Positions 1-11,936 of a stretch of 64,000 nt of DNA are shown in pieces. The stretch lies in the NCBI GenBank assembly GCA_012295275.1, contig CM022670.1, forward strand, positions 13,206,001 to 13,270,000, read 5' to 3'. The notes beneath the pieces were generated by a model, which worked only from the letters and a program-made list of their open reading frames with translations, searched no databases and was not told the DNA's origin. The translations under genes and the position numbers were made by a program. This DNA comes from Chrysomallon squamiferum (taxonomy: Eukaryota; Animalia; Mollusca). Positions within the stretch are counted from its first letter, which is position 1, and each line of letters starts with the position of its first letter.

Positions 1-29
1 TTTGTCTTCACTGCTGGTGTAAATGAAAG

Positions 30-106
<77 letters not shown>

Positions 107-464
107 TCTAAACATACATTAGCCACCTATTCACTTCTCAGTTATACCGGCCATCTGTCTTTAACTCAGTACGATCTATTACCGAACTAAAAGTGTTTGT
201 AAACATGTTACGTAGACAGCGAGGTAGCAGTTTAACACTGTATCTGCTGGAATTGCTCTTTAATCAAGGTTAGGCAAATGTTATATAAGACGAGCATTTT
301 GTATGCTGTTCAGTGTTAAGAGTCATTCGGAGATTTTTGTTCAGGTCTGCGTATTTTAAGATGTTTCCAAAATATATACGTAACTAGTTTATAAATTTAC
401 ATAGACGTTAATGGTGACTTTAGAAATCTTCCATAACCCAGATTATCATTAGGGAACTGAATAT

Positions 465-501
<37 letters not shown>

Positions 502-663
502 TTTATATTTACTAATTTGTAATTTCTAGTTAATTTTCCCATTATTTTCATTTGTCTGTCACTTACTCTCCTTTAATTTTGTATCAAAAATTATGATGCT
601 GATGCTAAAACAAAGATGAAAAATAGAGTGTGGCCGAGTATGATTGGACAAAAATTGTAGTAT

Positions 664-736
664 AGCCCAACGTGGGGCTCGAACCCACGACCCCGAGATT
701 AAGAGTCTCGTGCTCTACCGACTGAGCTAGCCAGGC
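664..736 (-). tRNA. tRNA-Lys(CTT), variant with U4 and U73
   Basis: The reverse complement reads GCCTGGCTAGCTCAGTCGGTAGAGCACGAGACTCTTAATCTCGGGGTCGTGGGTTCGAGCCCCACGTTGGGCT (73 nt). It folds as a cloverleaf with anticodon CTT and intact A and B boxes, with a T-run shortly downstream. Confidence 0.95.
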
Positions 737-1288
737 TTAATTTGAGATGGTTTAAATGCTGTTAAATTGTCTAAAATACTAATCGACAATTATCGTTGAA
801 AATCGTTGAAAATTTCAATGCAATGTTCCCTCAGTATTAAAATTGGTAAAAATATATAATTTCTAACACCCTCTCTCTCTCTTTTCTCTGTCTCTCACCC
901 TATCTCTTTCTCTCACTCTCTTTCTCTGTCTGTCTCTCAACCTCCCCTTCTCCCTCTTTCTGTCTGTCTCTCTCTCTCGTACTTTCCTGACTGCTTCCAC
1001 CCATCTCTCAATTTCTGTACTGGAATTGAAAAAACAGATGATAATTGAAAAGACACATATTAATTATTTACTAACAGGCTCGTGGACCAGATGGTCGCCA
1101 ATAGATAAACCAATTACACACTACAGACGTTCTTAACCAACACTGTACTGAGCAGATGTGTCTGCTAAGTTCTCGTGATTAATGAGTTCTTTCTTTTTGT
1201 TGTTTGTCTGTTTATACTTATTTTTATTCAAAAAGTTTCTGTTTCTGCAAATGAAATAAGTAAAGTAAATTTTATTTGCATCATTATT

Positions 1289-1376
<88 letters not shown>

Positions 1377-2271
1377 TCTTTCCATCTATCTTTAATTAGC
1401 TATCTATGTATCTATCTATCTGTATGTCTGTCTGTCTGTGTCTATCTCAGTATCCAACTATATGCAAAAGCATAATAATTATAACAACCACATACAAAAA
1501 AAAAAAAAAAAAAAAAAAAACCCCAAAACTGGCAAGTACAACACTTCTTTACATGCAGTTCAAAACTGTTTTCTCCAACGATTATTCACGTACTCAAATC
1601 ATCGCCGGCGGTAGAGATAATTTTTGTCCAAATTAACTTTTGTTTGACAGACGACTGTCAGCACGGACGTTTGCCATATACAACCGCCGTTTCATCTCTC
1701 ACATCAACTGTTTTCCGAGCTCATCCCGGCCTCAGTGTTTTGTTTGGTGCTCCCCTCTAACAGTCACTTCTGTTGACGCTGCTGCTTGCGAAAACAAAAT
1801 CATTTGTTCATTTTCACTTCATTATCTCACACGCATGCACCTCCGATGCATTTATCATGTGTTTATTTATAGAAGTGTACGTTTTTAGCGATCTCAACAG
1901 GCTATTTCTACTGCGCTAAGTAGAAAATAGAAAAGCATAATATTTACCTGAGAGTAAGTGGGGTTTTTTTTTGGAAGTAGGTTAACATATTCACAATATA
2001 TCTGCTCTGATTAGCCTAACATAATCGTGACTATTATTTTTAAAGAAACTCTACACTAACTGAAAGAACAATTAGTTTGAAATATAAATAGCACAACACA
2101 TTACAATGAAGAAAAAATAAATAATGATAAAAATAAATAAAACAATAAAATGTGGAGGTCACAAATAAGGAAATAATCTGGTATTTGTTATGAATATAGA
2201 ATGGATAGGTTCGAGAACAAGTACTTACATAAGAAAACGCGATCCCAAGCCCGGCTAGCTCAGTCGGTAGA

Positions 2272-3060
2272 TCACTTCCAGATGAATGGAAAAGTTCTAT
2301 TAACAGAAATGCTAAAAAATTAACTTCTAATAAAGATTTATTTTTGTTTCAGAATAATGAAATGATAAATGTCAGTAAATTTACAGCTAAAATAATTTAT
2401 TCTATTTTAATTTTAAAAAACTTTAAAGCACCAACTTGTGAAGAAAAATGGAATGAGCTTGGTTTTAATATATTCTGGAGACCAGTTTGGAAATGGATAC
2501 ACTATAGTGATAAATTTACTGAATTTATAGACTTAGATTTTAGAATAGTTCATCATATAATATATACATATAACAAATTATATAAATATGGTAAAATCTC
2601 ATCTAGTATATGTCCAGTGTGTTTGAAGGATGATGAAGATTTGTGCCATTTATTTTTGTATTGTGAAGAATTGAAGGAATTAATATCAATCTTTCATGAA
2701 ATATGTATTTATATATTTAAGAAAACAGGGTTTTCTCTAGAACAATTAAAAAGATTATTAATATTTGGATGTTATCTCAAAATTGAAAATAGTACAATAG
2801 AATTTATTAATATTATTCTTTCAATTTATAGAATAACAGTGTTCAAAAGGCGTGTAATAGCTCAAATGAAAGGAACAAATATCAATATAATACATTTTTT
2901 TAGAAATTATATGTATCAGGGCTTTAAAATCATTCTAAATCAATATCGTATTCAAAACAAACTTTCAATTTTTATTAACAAATATGTTAAGAACAATATT
3001 TTCCTAGAACTAAAAGATGACATACTTATTTTCAAATATCCTTTGGAAAGCTACAAATAA
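2272..3060 (+). CDS. Partial ORF2 C-terminal region (zf-RVT-like zinc-binding domain) of an L1/Tx1-type retrotransposon
   Basis: The frame is open from the 5' junction (SLPDEWKSSINRN...) to the stop at 3060, 262 codons. It has KW...W..VW and FRIVHHII motifs and CPVCLKDDEDLCHLFLYC (CX2CX8HX4C), typical of L1/Tx1 ORF2 ends. Confidence 0.85.
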   Translation, partial: SLPDEWKSSINRNAKKLTSNKDLFLFQNNEMINVSKFTAKIIYSILILKNFKAPTCEEKWNELGFNIFWRPVWKWIHYSDKFTEFIDLDFRIVHHIIYTYNKLYKYGKISSSICPVCLKDDEDLCHLFLYCEELKELISIFHEICIYIFKKTGFSLEQLKRLLIFGCYLKIENSTIEFINIILSIYRITVFKRRVIAQMKGTNINIIHFFRNYMYQGFKIILNQYRIQNKLSIFINKYVKNNIFLELKDDILIFKYPLESYK

Positions 3061-3287
3061 TCAATATAGATAAATCATGGAAATGGATAAAAGAATTAAT
3101 ACTATAAAATACTGTAAATATATATGAATATTCCGAATAAATAAGTATGCATGCATGTGAGTGTGAATGAGTGTGACTGAGTGTGTGAGAGGAAATAGTT
3201 TTTGTTATTGTTATTTACAGCTGTAATGTTATTTTAATTGTGTACAACTAGTGATTATACTAATAAAGATAAAAAAAAAAAAAAAAA
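2272..3287 (+). mobile_element. 5'-truncated non-LTR retrotransposon (L1/Tx1-like) inserted in tRNA-Lys
   Basis: Contains the ORF2 C-terminus with a CCHC knuckle, a ~210-bp 3' UTR with GTGAATGAGTGTGA-like repeats, AATAAA at 3262-3267 and an A17 tail at 3271-3287 abutting the tRNA 3' part. Confidence 0.9.
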
Positions 3288-3821
3288 GCACGAGACTCTT
3301 AATCTCGGGGTCGTGGGTTCGAGCCCCACGTTGGGCTATACGTATATATTTTTTACTTTTACGTATTTAAGTTATATAATAAGTAAATAAATAAATAATA
3401 ATAATAAAGAAAATATAAGAATGGCCATAGCTTACTACGAATGTTTATCTCTGCATGATATGAATAATAAAAATAATATCTTCTTGAGTCTAATGACTTT
3501 AAAACACACTGCAAAGCTCTTGTGTATTTTGGACCAGACAGAGATAATGAGTATCTGACAGCAATAACGTCTTTCATTCATGTAAAATATCTATTTCAGG
3601 CAACACAAAATGTCCTACTCTGAATCGCAAAAAATTAAACGACCTCATTTGTCTGCAGATAAAAATAACTGTCACAATTAAATAGAATGAAGCAGTACTA
3701 CGGTCAGTGATGCAATGAATAAATGAATAAGTTCTGTTCCAGTCAGCAAACCGAAAGTTTGAATTTAAAATGTACTGTTAAAGAGAAATTCATTGTATAA
3801 TCTATAAAGTTTTTATTATTA

Positions 3822-3874
<53 letters not shown>

Positions 3875-3907
3875 TTATATTTATTTATTTATTTTTATTT
3901 TATATTG

Positions 3908-3974
<67 letters not shown>

Positions 3975-4223
3975 TTAATTTAGGGATTTTCTTTCTTTGT
4001 TGTTCTAACAATTTTATGTTTGTATGTTCGTTTAACGACAAAAAAAAAAAAAAATTTTTTAAATATTTAAAAATTGGCTATTAGGTACTATTCAATGGTG
4101 AAACAACCCAACACAGTGACAAAGCAATTATTTACTTAGAACAAATTAATTACTTCAACACTTTTTATCTTAATTTCATTTCCGATGCTGAATGACTCAA
4201 ACGTAATAATGCTAATATTAAGA

Positions 4224-4491
4224 AAGATTCAGGATCCTTTACCGAAATTCCGAAATCCGAAATGTTTTGCGAGCAGCGGAACTGGTGATATCTTAGTTTT
4301 CGTATGGTTTAGTATACAAAAAAACTTCCATTTCATGAACGAAATCATTAAAAAATATTATTAAAAATATCCCGCATAAGTTGGTGTAAATGGAAATTTT
4401 ATTTAAATTTAAATCATGTTTTGTGGTTACATCCGTATATTCCAAAATCCGAAAGACACCCAAGCATTCCGGATAAGGGATCCTCAACCAG
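4224..4491. mobile_element. Tigger/pogo-like (Tc1-mariner superfamily) MITE
   Basis: The right end GGATAAGGGATCCTCAACCAG is followed by TA. The left end is a degenerate inverted copy, AAGATTCAGGATCCTTTACCG. Subterminal (A)ATCCGAAA repeats resemble Tigger4/MER46-type ends, by recall rather than search. Confidence 0.55.
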
Positions 4492-4787
4492 TACAACAGT
4501 AATAACAATTCATTGTATACACTGAACCCAATACCCTGAATAACCAACCACTTCATATTACTTTCAATTAAACTACCCTGCAAATCTGAATATTAGTTAA
4601 TAAAGGAAAAAAAAAATTAAATGAATATCAAGAGAAATTTTAATGAAACACAGATAAAAATAAAGTTTACGGTTACAGGTAATTAGGTTAACTTACATAT
4701 GAAACTTCATTTCTGTTTCCAAAGTGAAAAAATTTGAACTTGGGATAGTGGAAACTGATATAGCCTGTATTAGACATCTGAATTCAG

Positions 4788-4860
4788 GCCTGGCTAGCTC
4801 AGTCGGTAGAGCACGAGACTCTTAATCTCGGGGTCGTGGGTTCGAGCCCCACGTTGGGCT
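4788..4860 (+). tRNA. tRNA-Lys(CTT), variant with U4 and U73
   Basis: 73-nt sequence identical to the 664-736 copy; T6 terminator at 4871-4876. Confidence 0.95.
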
Positions 4861-5326
4861 AAATATTTAGTTTTTTCCCCTTTGCACTGGAATAACGTAA
4901 TAATAACAATAATAATAATCATAACATGCAGAAAACAAAGATATCAGTTCTAACTTTAATAGTTCAGTTTTCACTGAAAACATTATCACATAGATACTTA
5001 CAGCGCATGTGATACTTACACGTTCATTTCAGACAATTTAATAATAAAGCAATAGAATTTGAAAATAGTACGTTATTGACGATAGTTAAAGTAAACGATG
5101 AATATGTTATTATAAGTTGTCGAAAAAAGAATCAACATTAAGACATTAAGAAACTGTAGAAAAAGGAGAAAATTATATTGGTTAAAAATATAATTTACTT
5201 CTTTTATGAATCAAAGAAAAGAGTCGATAACACTGTTACATTTTTCTAATACATTGATGGTATAAATTAGTATCAAGTAAGTTAAAACATAGTTTTAATA
5301 ATGCGGTTTGTGTTTTCGAGTTGTGT

Positions 5327-5375
<49 letters not shown>

Positions 5376-5532
5376 ACGCGCTCGTTTATATAGGTCGTGT
5401 ATTTGTATACTAGTGTGTGTATGTATTAATATATTTTTCAAAAAAATAAGTTGTATAATATTTTTAAATTAATAACATTTTACTACTACTACTACTACTA
5501 CTACTAGTACTACTAATACTACTACTACTATA

Positions 5533-5566
<34 letters not shown>

Positions 5567-5594
5567 TAACTACTACTATTATTTAACGTTTCAG

Positions 5595-6561
5595 TTTCAC
5601 TCTTGACTCACCTATTCGTGAAATAATGGACAACTCTTTCCGGCTGAGTGATGACGTCAGAACGAACGAGGTCAGTCTACGTGACCTATTTTCGCACAGA
5701 GTTGGCATACCGCAATATTTCAACGCTTTAGTAGTTGGAATTCCGCTTGACGTTAGCAGAGAAGAATTAATAAGGTATATGAACATTGTAATAGCATCGT
5801 AACTTTGTTTGCAAAATAAAATATCGTATCGCACCTTAAATGTAAACCCATAAGCGAAATAAATAATTATTTAATTTAATCAGGTTCATTTTAGTTAATA
5901 TCATATCTTTCAAAGCAAAATGGAAAAAATTATGTGTATTTCACAACGTCCTATATGGGAAAGCTAAATTGTTTCCTTTCCATCTGTTAAACAAAATATG
6001 ATTGGTTACTGATGATAATCATCCAAGGGACATAATCCATGTTTCATATTTATTATTAAGTAAATTAATAATACCGAAATCTTTGAGAACTAAGCACACA
6101 TATTTATTTATTAAAATTCTTCATCACAATCCTCGTCGTCACTGTCTTCACCATTGTTATTTCTTATCGTCTTCGAATTATTATTACCTTCTTTCTTTTG
6201 CAGACGTCTTCGTTTCATGACACCCACAGAACCACTGCGGACAAAGTTTATGTACAACAACTACATGTACATGCTCGCTGGTTACGTGGCTGAGAAGCTG
6301 GCGGGCAAGTCGTGGGAGAGAATAGTGGAGGACATGATTCTGAAACCACTGAACATGACTGAGAGTGGCTTCGTCGACGAACTGAACAACTTCACCAACT
6401 TCGCCCTGCCGTGCGCCTTAAAAAACGGGAAAGTTTTCAACTTGGATCCTGTTCTATTGCAGTAAGAAACTGTGGACGGAATATGCTTCCTGAGCGAAAT
6501 TGTTTATTTTATTTTATTTTATTTTATTTTATTTTTATTTATTTATTTATTTATTTATTTA

Positions 6562-6646
<85 letters not shown>

Positions 6647-6873
6647 TAATTAATTAATTAATTAATTTTTTTATTTTATTTTATTTTATTATTATTTTTT
6701 TTTTTTTTTATTTGATCTTCAAAATTACACGAGTCTAGTTGTGGTATAAAATTAAAAATGACCTTATGTTATTAATTTATTAATTTATTATTACATAAGG
6801 TATATATTGCATTATTATTATTGTTGTTATCATCATAATCATTTCCATCTTCATTATTATTTATTAATTTTAT

Positions 6874-6926
<53 letters not shown>

Positions 6927-7278
6927 TTGCTACTACTGTTATTATTATTATTTCCAGTAACGTCCGTCCTAGCGGTCCTGCCGGATCGATATACTCCACA
7001 GCAAAAGATATGGCCAAATGGCTGCTGCTTCTTCTCAACTCTGGACTGGACGAGAACGGGAAAAGACTTTTTAAATCCAAAGTTTTACAAGAACTGCACG
7101 AACCCGGCATGCCGAGACCGTTCAGAAACCTGGATATAACCAAACCGACATATCCCATTGCTAGCGTGGGCCTTTCCTACGATCTCGCTTGGATGACGTC
7201 AATATACAGAGGTAGTAATAGTTAAATTTAAGTCCTGCCTTTGCTCTTTCTCTAAGAAAAAAAAAAAAAAAAAATGAA

Positions 7279-7334
<56 letters not shown>

Positions 7335-7824
7335 TAAAATAAAATAAAATAAAAATTATTAAAAAAATTATAAAAAAAGAAATAAATATGGAAAAAGATA
7401 TTTTATTCTTGATTTTGTCTTTATTTTTTTTCCTTTATTTTTTTTTTTTTTCCTTTGCTAATTGATGATTTGCAGTTTCACAAGATATCTCAATATTTAT
7501 TAGAATTTTTCTTTTACACTTACATATAAATTATGAGCTAATGATATTTTTTATGAGCTAATTTACAGTTTTACTTATATACATTTGTATGTTGTATTAT
7601 AAGCTGTATGTATTGTATTCGTTACTGAATTATATTAACTGTATTGCATAAAGTACTGTGTGTGCCTGAACCATTACTATCTATTATATTCGATACTGCA
7701 TTATACTGTTACATAATTTATGATTATCATGATTATATATTCATCTATGTATCTCTCTATTTATATATCTACCTACCTATCTATTTACTTACCCACCTAC
7801 CTACGTACCTACTTACCTACTTAC

Positions 7825-7872
<48 letters not shown>

Positions 7873-8652
7873 ATACATCCATTCGTTCATTCGTTCATTT
7901 TTTATTTATTATTATATTTTTTTTAAATTCCAGGATACACACTTCGCTGGCACTCAGGGGGAATCATCACTCACTCTTCTCGCCTGTGGATATTTCCAGA
8001 CAAAAACATCTCCATCTATGCAGTGGCCAACGGCCCCCAGACGAAGCACACGAGCCACGCCCTGAAAGCCATCATGAGCTATGCATCGGACGTGCTGCTC
8101 GGCGAGACTCCGTGGCTCAACAGGTCGACCGTCTGCACCTTTCCAGCGCCATGGGAGAAAGCCCACGTCGTCGTCAAACTCGAAAACTCGAAGAAAAAGA
8201 AGATTTCCGAATCGGCGACGGTTCGCCCGGCGGAGGATTACGCGGGGAAGTACTTTCACCGAGCGTTCGGTGAGATAAACGTGTTCGTGAGCGGCACGGA
8301 CAAACTGAATCTCACCTTCGGGAGACACGGGTTTCTGAACATTTTTCCCAAATCGGAGACGATATTCCTCGGATGGTATTACGGTCCTTTGTGGTTCCTC
8401 ACGGCGTCTGACGACTCCTTCAGGCCCGTGACGATTGAGTTCGTCAAATCTGAGAGTTCCGCCATCGCGGGTCTGATCTTCCCTGTTGACGAAAGGTACA
8501 ACAATACGTATTTTCAAAAAGACAAGCCCGTCGAAGATGACGTCACGTACACGTTAACTGGTACGTGTCCAAGTTCGTCAGTGCGCGTTCTCAGTCAAAA
8601 ACTTTACATTAGCCTGGTCTTACCATTTTTCATAAAAATTTTATTATTGTAA
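5595..8652 (+). CDS. Serine beta-lactamase/PBP-like protein, paralog A (exons 2-5; first exon not found in window)
   Basis: GT-AG exons 5595-5774, 6204-6461, 6958-7211 and 7934-8652 splice in frame. Motifs are LRDLFSHRVG, F.YNN (YxN), GPAGSIYSTAKDMAKW, WHSGG (HxG) and WLNRSTVCTFPAPW, with a hydrophobic GPI-like C-terminus. Confidence 0.88.
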
Positions 8653-10347
8653 AACGTTCAAAATGGTGGATGAACATGTCCATCGCCGAGATGAATTTTG
8701 GATACTGTGTGTGAAAAAAAAAAAAAATATATATTTTCATTTGGAAATATTTCGTCAGATGATTTCTAAGATAGTTTTAATATGTTTACGAATTTTATTT
8801 GAGTGTGTTTCATATGAAAGGAAAACTACACTCGAGTCAATATTTATCTTTCCATTATAAATTATCAGGGACTTTTTCGTTTACTTATCAACACTCGAGT
8901 TACGTATAAAGATATAAAACTGTTTTTAACATTTTATTTATTTAGTTATTGATCATCAACCTTTCATTCGATGTAATCGGGTTATTAAGCAACGTGATAT
9001 ATTGAATTCAAGTTTAATAAGGTTGTAGAAAAATCGTTACGGACGCTGAAAAATAAATCGCAAGAAATTAAGAAGAAAATGTGCAGTTCTTTCAAAGATA
9101 TAGAGCGGGTCATTACTATATTATATTCCATTTGTTAAAACATGTCACTAATCATATTTTTTTTTTTTTTTTTTTTTTTTTGATGTTGCTTAATATGGTT
9201 ATAAGTAATAAGCAGACGATGTTAGCATTTATAAAATTACTTTATGTTAAAGCGGCACGTTTAGCTAAGTATGTACGCCAGTACTATGCTCAGTAAGGAA
9301 CATCGCTTTTTTAATTTTTAATTTTAAAAAATGTTTTCGTTCTATCGTTATTTATTATATTTAGTTCTTAATTTTAATTTATTTATTTATGGTTTTTTTT
9401 ATGTATTTTATTTCATTTATTTATTTTTTTTATTTCATTTTTATTTTTATTATTTATTTTATTTTATTTTAATTTAATTTATTTTATATATTTATTTATT
9501 TATTTATTTATTTATTTATTTTTTAAATTTTTTAATTTATTATTATTATTATTATATATATTTATAACTTATGTAATGTGTAAATAGTAGAATGAAAGTT
9601 GATAAACTTCTATTAATTTTTCCTGTGGTATATTATATAACGGTGTTTAAATTATTCCTGAAGTTTTTCCCTTTTCCCCTTCCACAGTTTTTCTCTGTAT
9701 CTGTGTGTGATTGTAGAGAAAATATTTTTAAGTGAGGGGATAATGTGTTTGAGAGTATTTCTTTACATTATTACCATCTGTTTAACGTAAGCTTTATTAT
9801 TTGTCGTTGTTTTTCATCATTTAATATATCTATTAACATTATCTAAGGATATTAAATTATTTAAATTCCATAAGCGAGTTGGAAACAATTGTGATGATTA
9901 TATTATGTTTGATTTGTATCAGTACGTGAAATAAGGAACAAATGTGTATCCATGAAAGTGTGTTATGTGTTAGGCACATAATTCAGGATTCTTAGAGGAT
10001 ACTCACTGAAATTACTGTATGTAGATGGTTTTCGATCAGGTTTGAATTTGATATTAGAGCCACGTACCTACCAAATTTAATGTCGATGTCGTAATCGTGT
10101 TGTTGTCGGGGGTTTTAAAGTATTGTTTCTTTTTTCCTTTGATACATACATTCAAACACACACACACACACACACACAGTTACACTCAAACACACTCACA
10201 CACACAGTCACACACACAAACACGCTCATACACACATACACACAGTCACACATACTCACATACTCACACACATACACTCCCAGTCAGACCACACACACAC
10301 TCGGACTAAATTAGTAAACTTGTGAACTATATTTTTCTTTTATTACG

Positions 10348-10416
10348 CCGGAAGGAACTACAACAAATCGGTCCACACTGTACGCGTTGACGTCACGACT
10401 ATACAAAAATGGCGGC
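10348..10416 (+). promoter_or_regulatory. Promoter-like motif cluster (ETS, ACTACAA, CRE, YY1)
   Basis: CCGGAAG at 10348, GAACTACAA at 10355, TGACGTCA at 10388 and AAAATGGCGGC at 10406 lie within 70 bp of CpG-rich sequence. Confidence 0.4.
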
Positions 10417-10635
10417 TCCCATATATATTTTAACTTGGAAGTATGCAATATATATCTAATCTATTTATATGTATAAACAAAGGTACACTTTAATTAGAAC
10501 ACTATTTTACAGTATGGAACAATCGTTTGAACTATTTGATTTTTAACTAGAACAGAATTATTATTAGATAATATTACATTTGTAATAATTACTGTTGTAA
10601 TAACTAATCCGGATTGTCAATATATTTTAATTCTA

Positions 10636-10680
<45 letters not shown>

Positions 10681-10961
10681 TATTTATTTGTTTATTATTT
10701 TTAAAATTTTAAGGATTGAGGTAAGAAATAATAATGTACTTATAATATTTTATAGAATAATAATTAAATTGGACTGCCATTAATTGGATGTTGTTACATT
10801 TCATAGTTAGAAAACATTTGTATGTTTGTACTTGTTAATATAATTACATATTTCATGACAATAAAGACGTTTCTGTCATACTATGATTTTGTTTTTTCAG
10901 AATTTAATGCTAAATATTAAGATGCTTTCATACGGTCAGAATATAGATCCTATAAATTCAA

Positions 10962-11034
10962 GCCTGGCTAGCTCAGTCGGTAGAGCACGAGACTCTTAAT
11001 CTCGGGGTCGTGGGTTCGAGCCCCACGTTGGGCT
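10962..11034 (+). tRNA. tRNA-Lys(CTT), variant with U4 and U73
   Basis: 73-nt sequence identical to the 4788-4860 copy; T-rich run follows. Confidence 0.95.
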
Positions 11035-11170
11035 GAAATTTATTTTCTTCTAAAATGTTTCATTTTATAATTTATTATTTAGTTCCTATATATAATTTAT
11101 CTTACCAACACTGAATGCAAATAATTAGACACTAAAATTCAAATAACGATACCTCTTTGAAGGTTATATG

Positions 11171-11399
11171 CAGCGGCATGCACAGATTTGGTGATGCCCT
11201 GGGCCAACTCCTTAGTTGTATACGGCTTAGTACTGAGAAATATTATGGGTAGGAAGATATTTTGAATATATAAACACAGATAAAACATAAAATAAATGCT
11301 TTATTCGATTTAAATATAAATAAACCAAATGTATTACGTTCTTTTCTCTGATTGGATGCCTCCCATTTAGATGCCTTCCCCCCCCCCAGCACGCCACTC
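11171..11399. mobile_element. hAT-like MITE
   Basis: Imperfect TIRs CAGCGGCATGC / GCACGCCACTC are flanked by an 8-bp near-direct repeat, GTTATATG (11163-11170) and GTTATGTG (11400-11407). Confidence 0.6.
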
Positions 11400-11936
11400 G
11401 TTATGTGGCCAGCAACACCTTTTAGATTACTATTCCATACGATATGACGCTACGACGCATATAAGACAGAATAATTTGAAAGTTTTCGTGACTTTAAGAT
11501 GAGAGTGAAGAAAGAAGAGGTAGCGCGCCGATATCTTATTAACATAAATGGCGCATTTGAGATTCGTGATAAAATGATTATATAAAATTATTATAATTTT
11601 ATTCAATTTGATGTTTTCTTATTATGAATTACATAAAAACTAACTGGACCCAGTGACTTTTTACTTTTCAGTAAGTAGTAGGTGTAAGCATTAATAAAAA
11701 AAAAAAAAAAAAACGTTTTCAAGAGTTACGTGACACCTTTTAAAGAATACGGAATTGAGAGTAAGACGCAGTAATCCTAGTCTAATTATTTTACAGTCTT
11801 TGATCTCATATTTATTAAAAATGAAACGTTCGGGTGCTGTTCTTTTACCGGGAGAAAAAGCGTTATATTAAATTAGGCTACCTTACGACCTTACCATCAT
11901 ACGATCTTTCTCGGAAAATTGACATTTCTCGATCGA

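Larger units (their letters stand above)
2249..3337 (+). pseudogene. tRNA-Lys(CTT) gene interrupted by a retroelement: nt 1-23 at 2249-2271, nt 24-73 at 3288-3337
   Basis: GCCCGGCTAGCTCAGTCGGTAGA (2249-2271) and GCACGAGACTCTTAATCTC...GTTGGGCT (3288-3337) join to give a complete 73-nt tRNA with nothing lost. Confidence 0.95.

Noticed and set aside
1540-1930. CpG-rich segment as missing exon 1 of paralog A, or a Helitron end
   Set aside because: No signal peptide or SxxK in the frames examined, and the small hairpin near 1900-1930 lacks a following CTRR. Probably an unclassified repeat.
2249-3337. Insert as a tRNA intron, or the unit as a tRNA-headed SINE
   Set aside because: Eukaryotic tRNA introns are short and lie at 37/38. 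This insert is 1 kb at 23/24 with a poly(A) tail and internal T-runs that would stop Pol III. The rest of the tRNA follows the tail, so it is an insertion rather than a SINE head.
7954-8517. Antisense or alternate-frame ORFs over lactamase-like exons (also 17571, 25345, 29610) and over the 40.5-42.5 kb exon
   Set aside because: Shadows of real GC-richer coding exons; no independent motifs.
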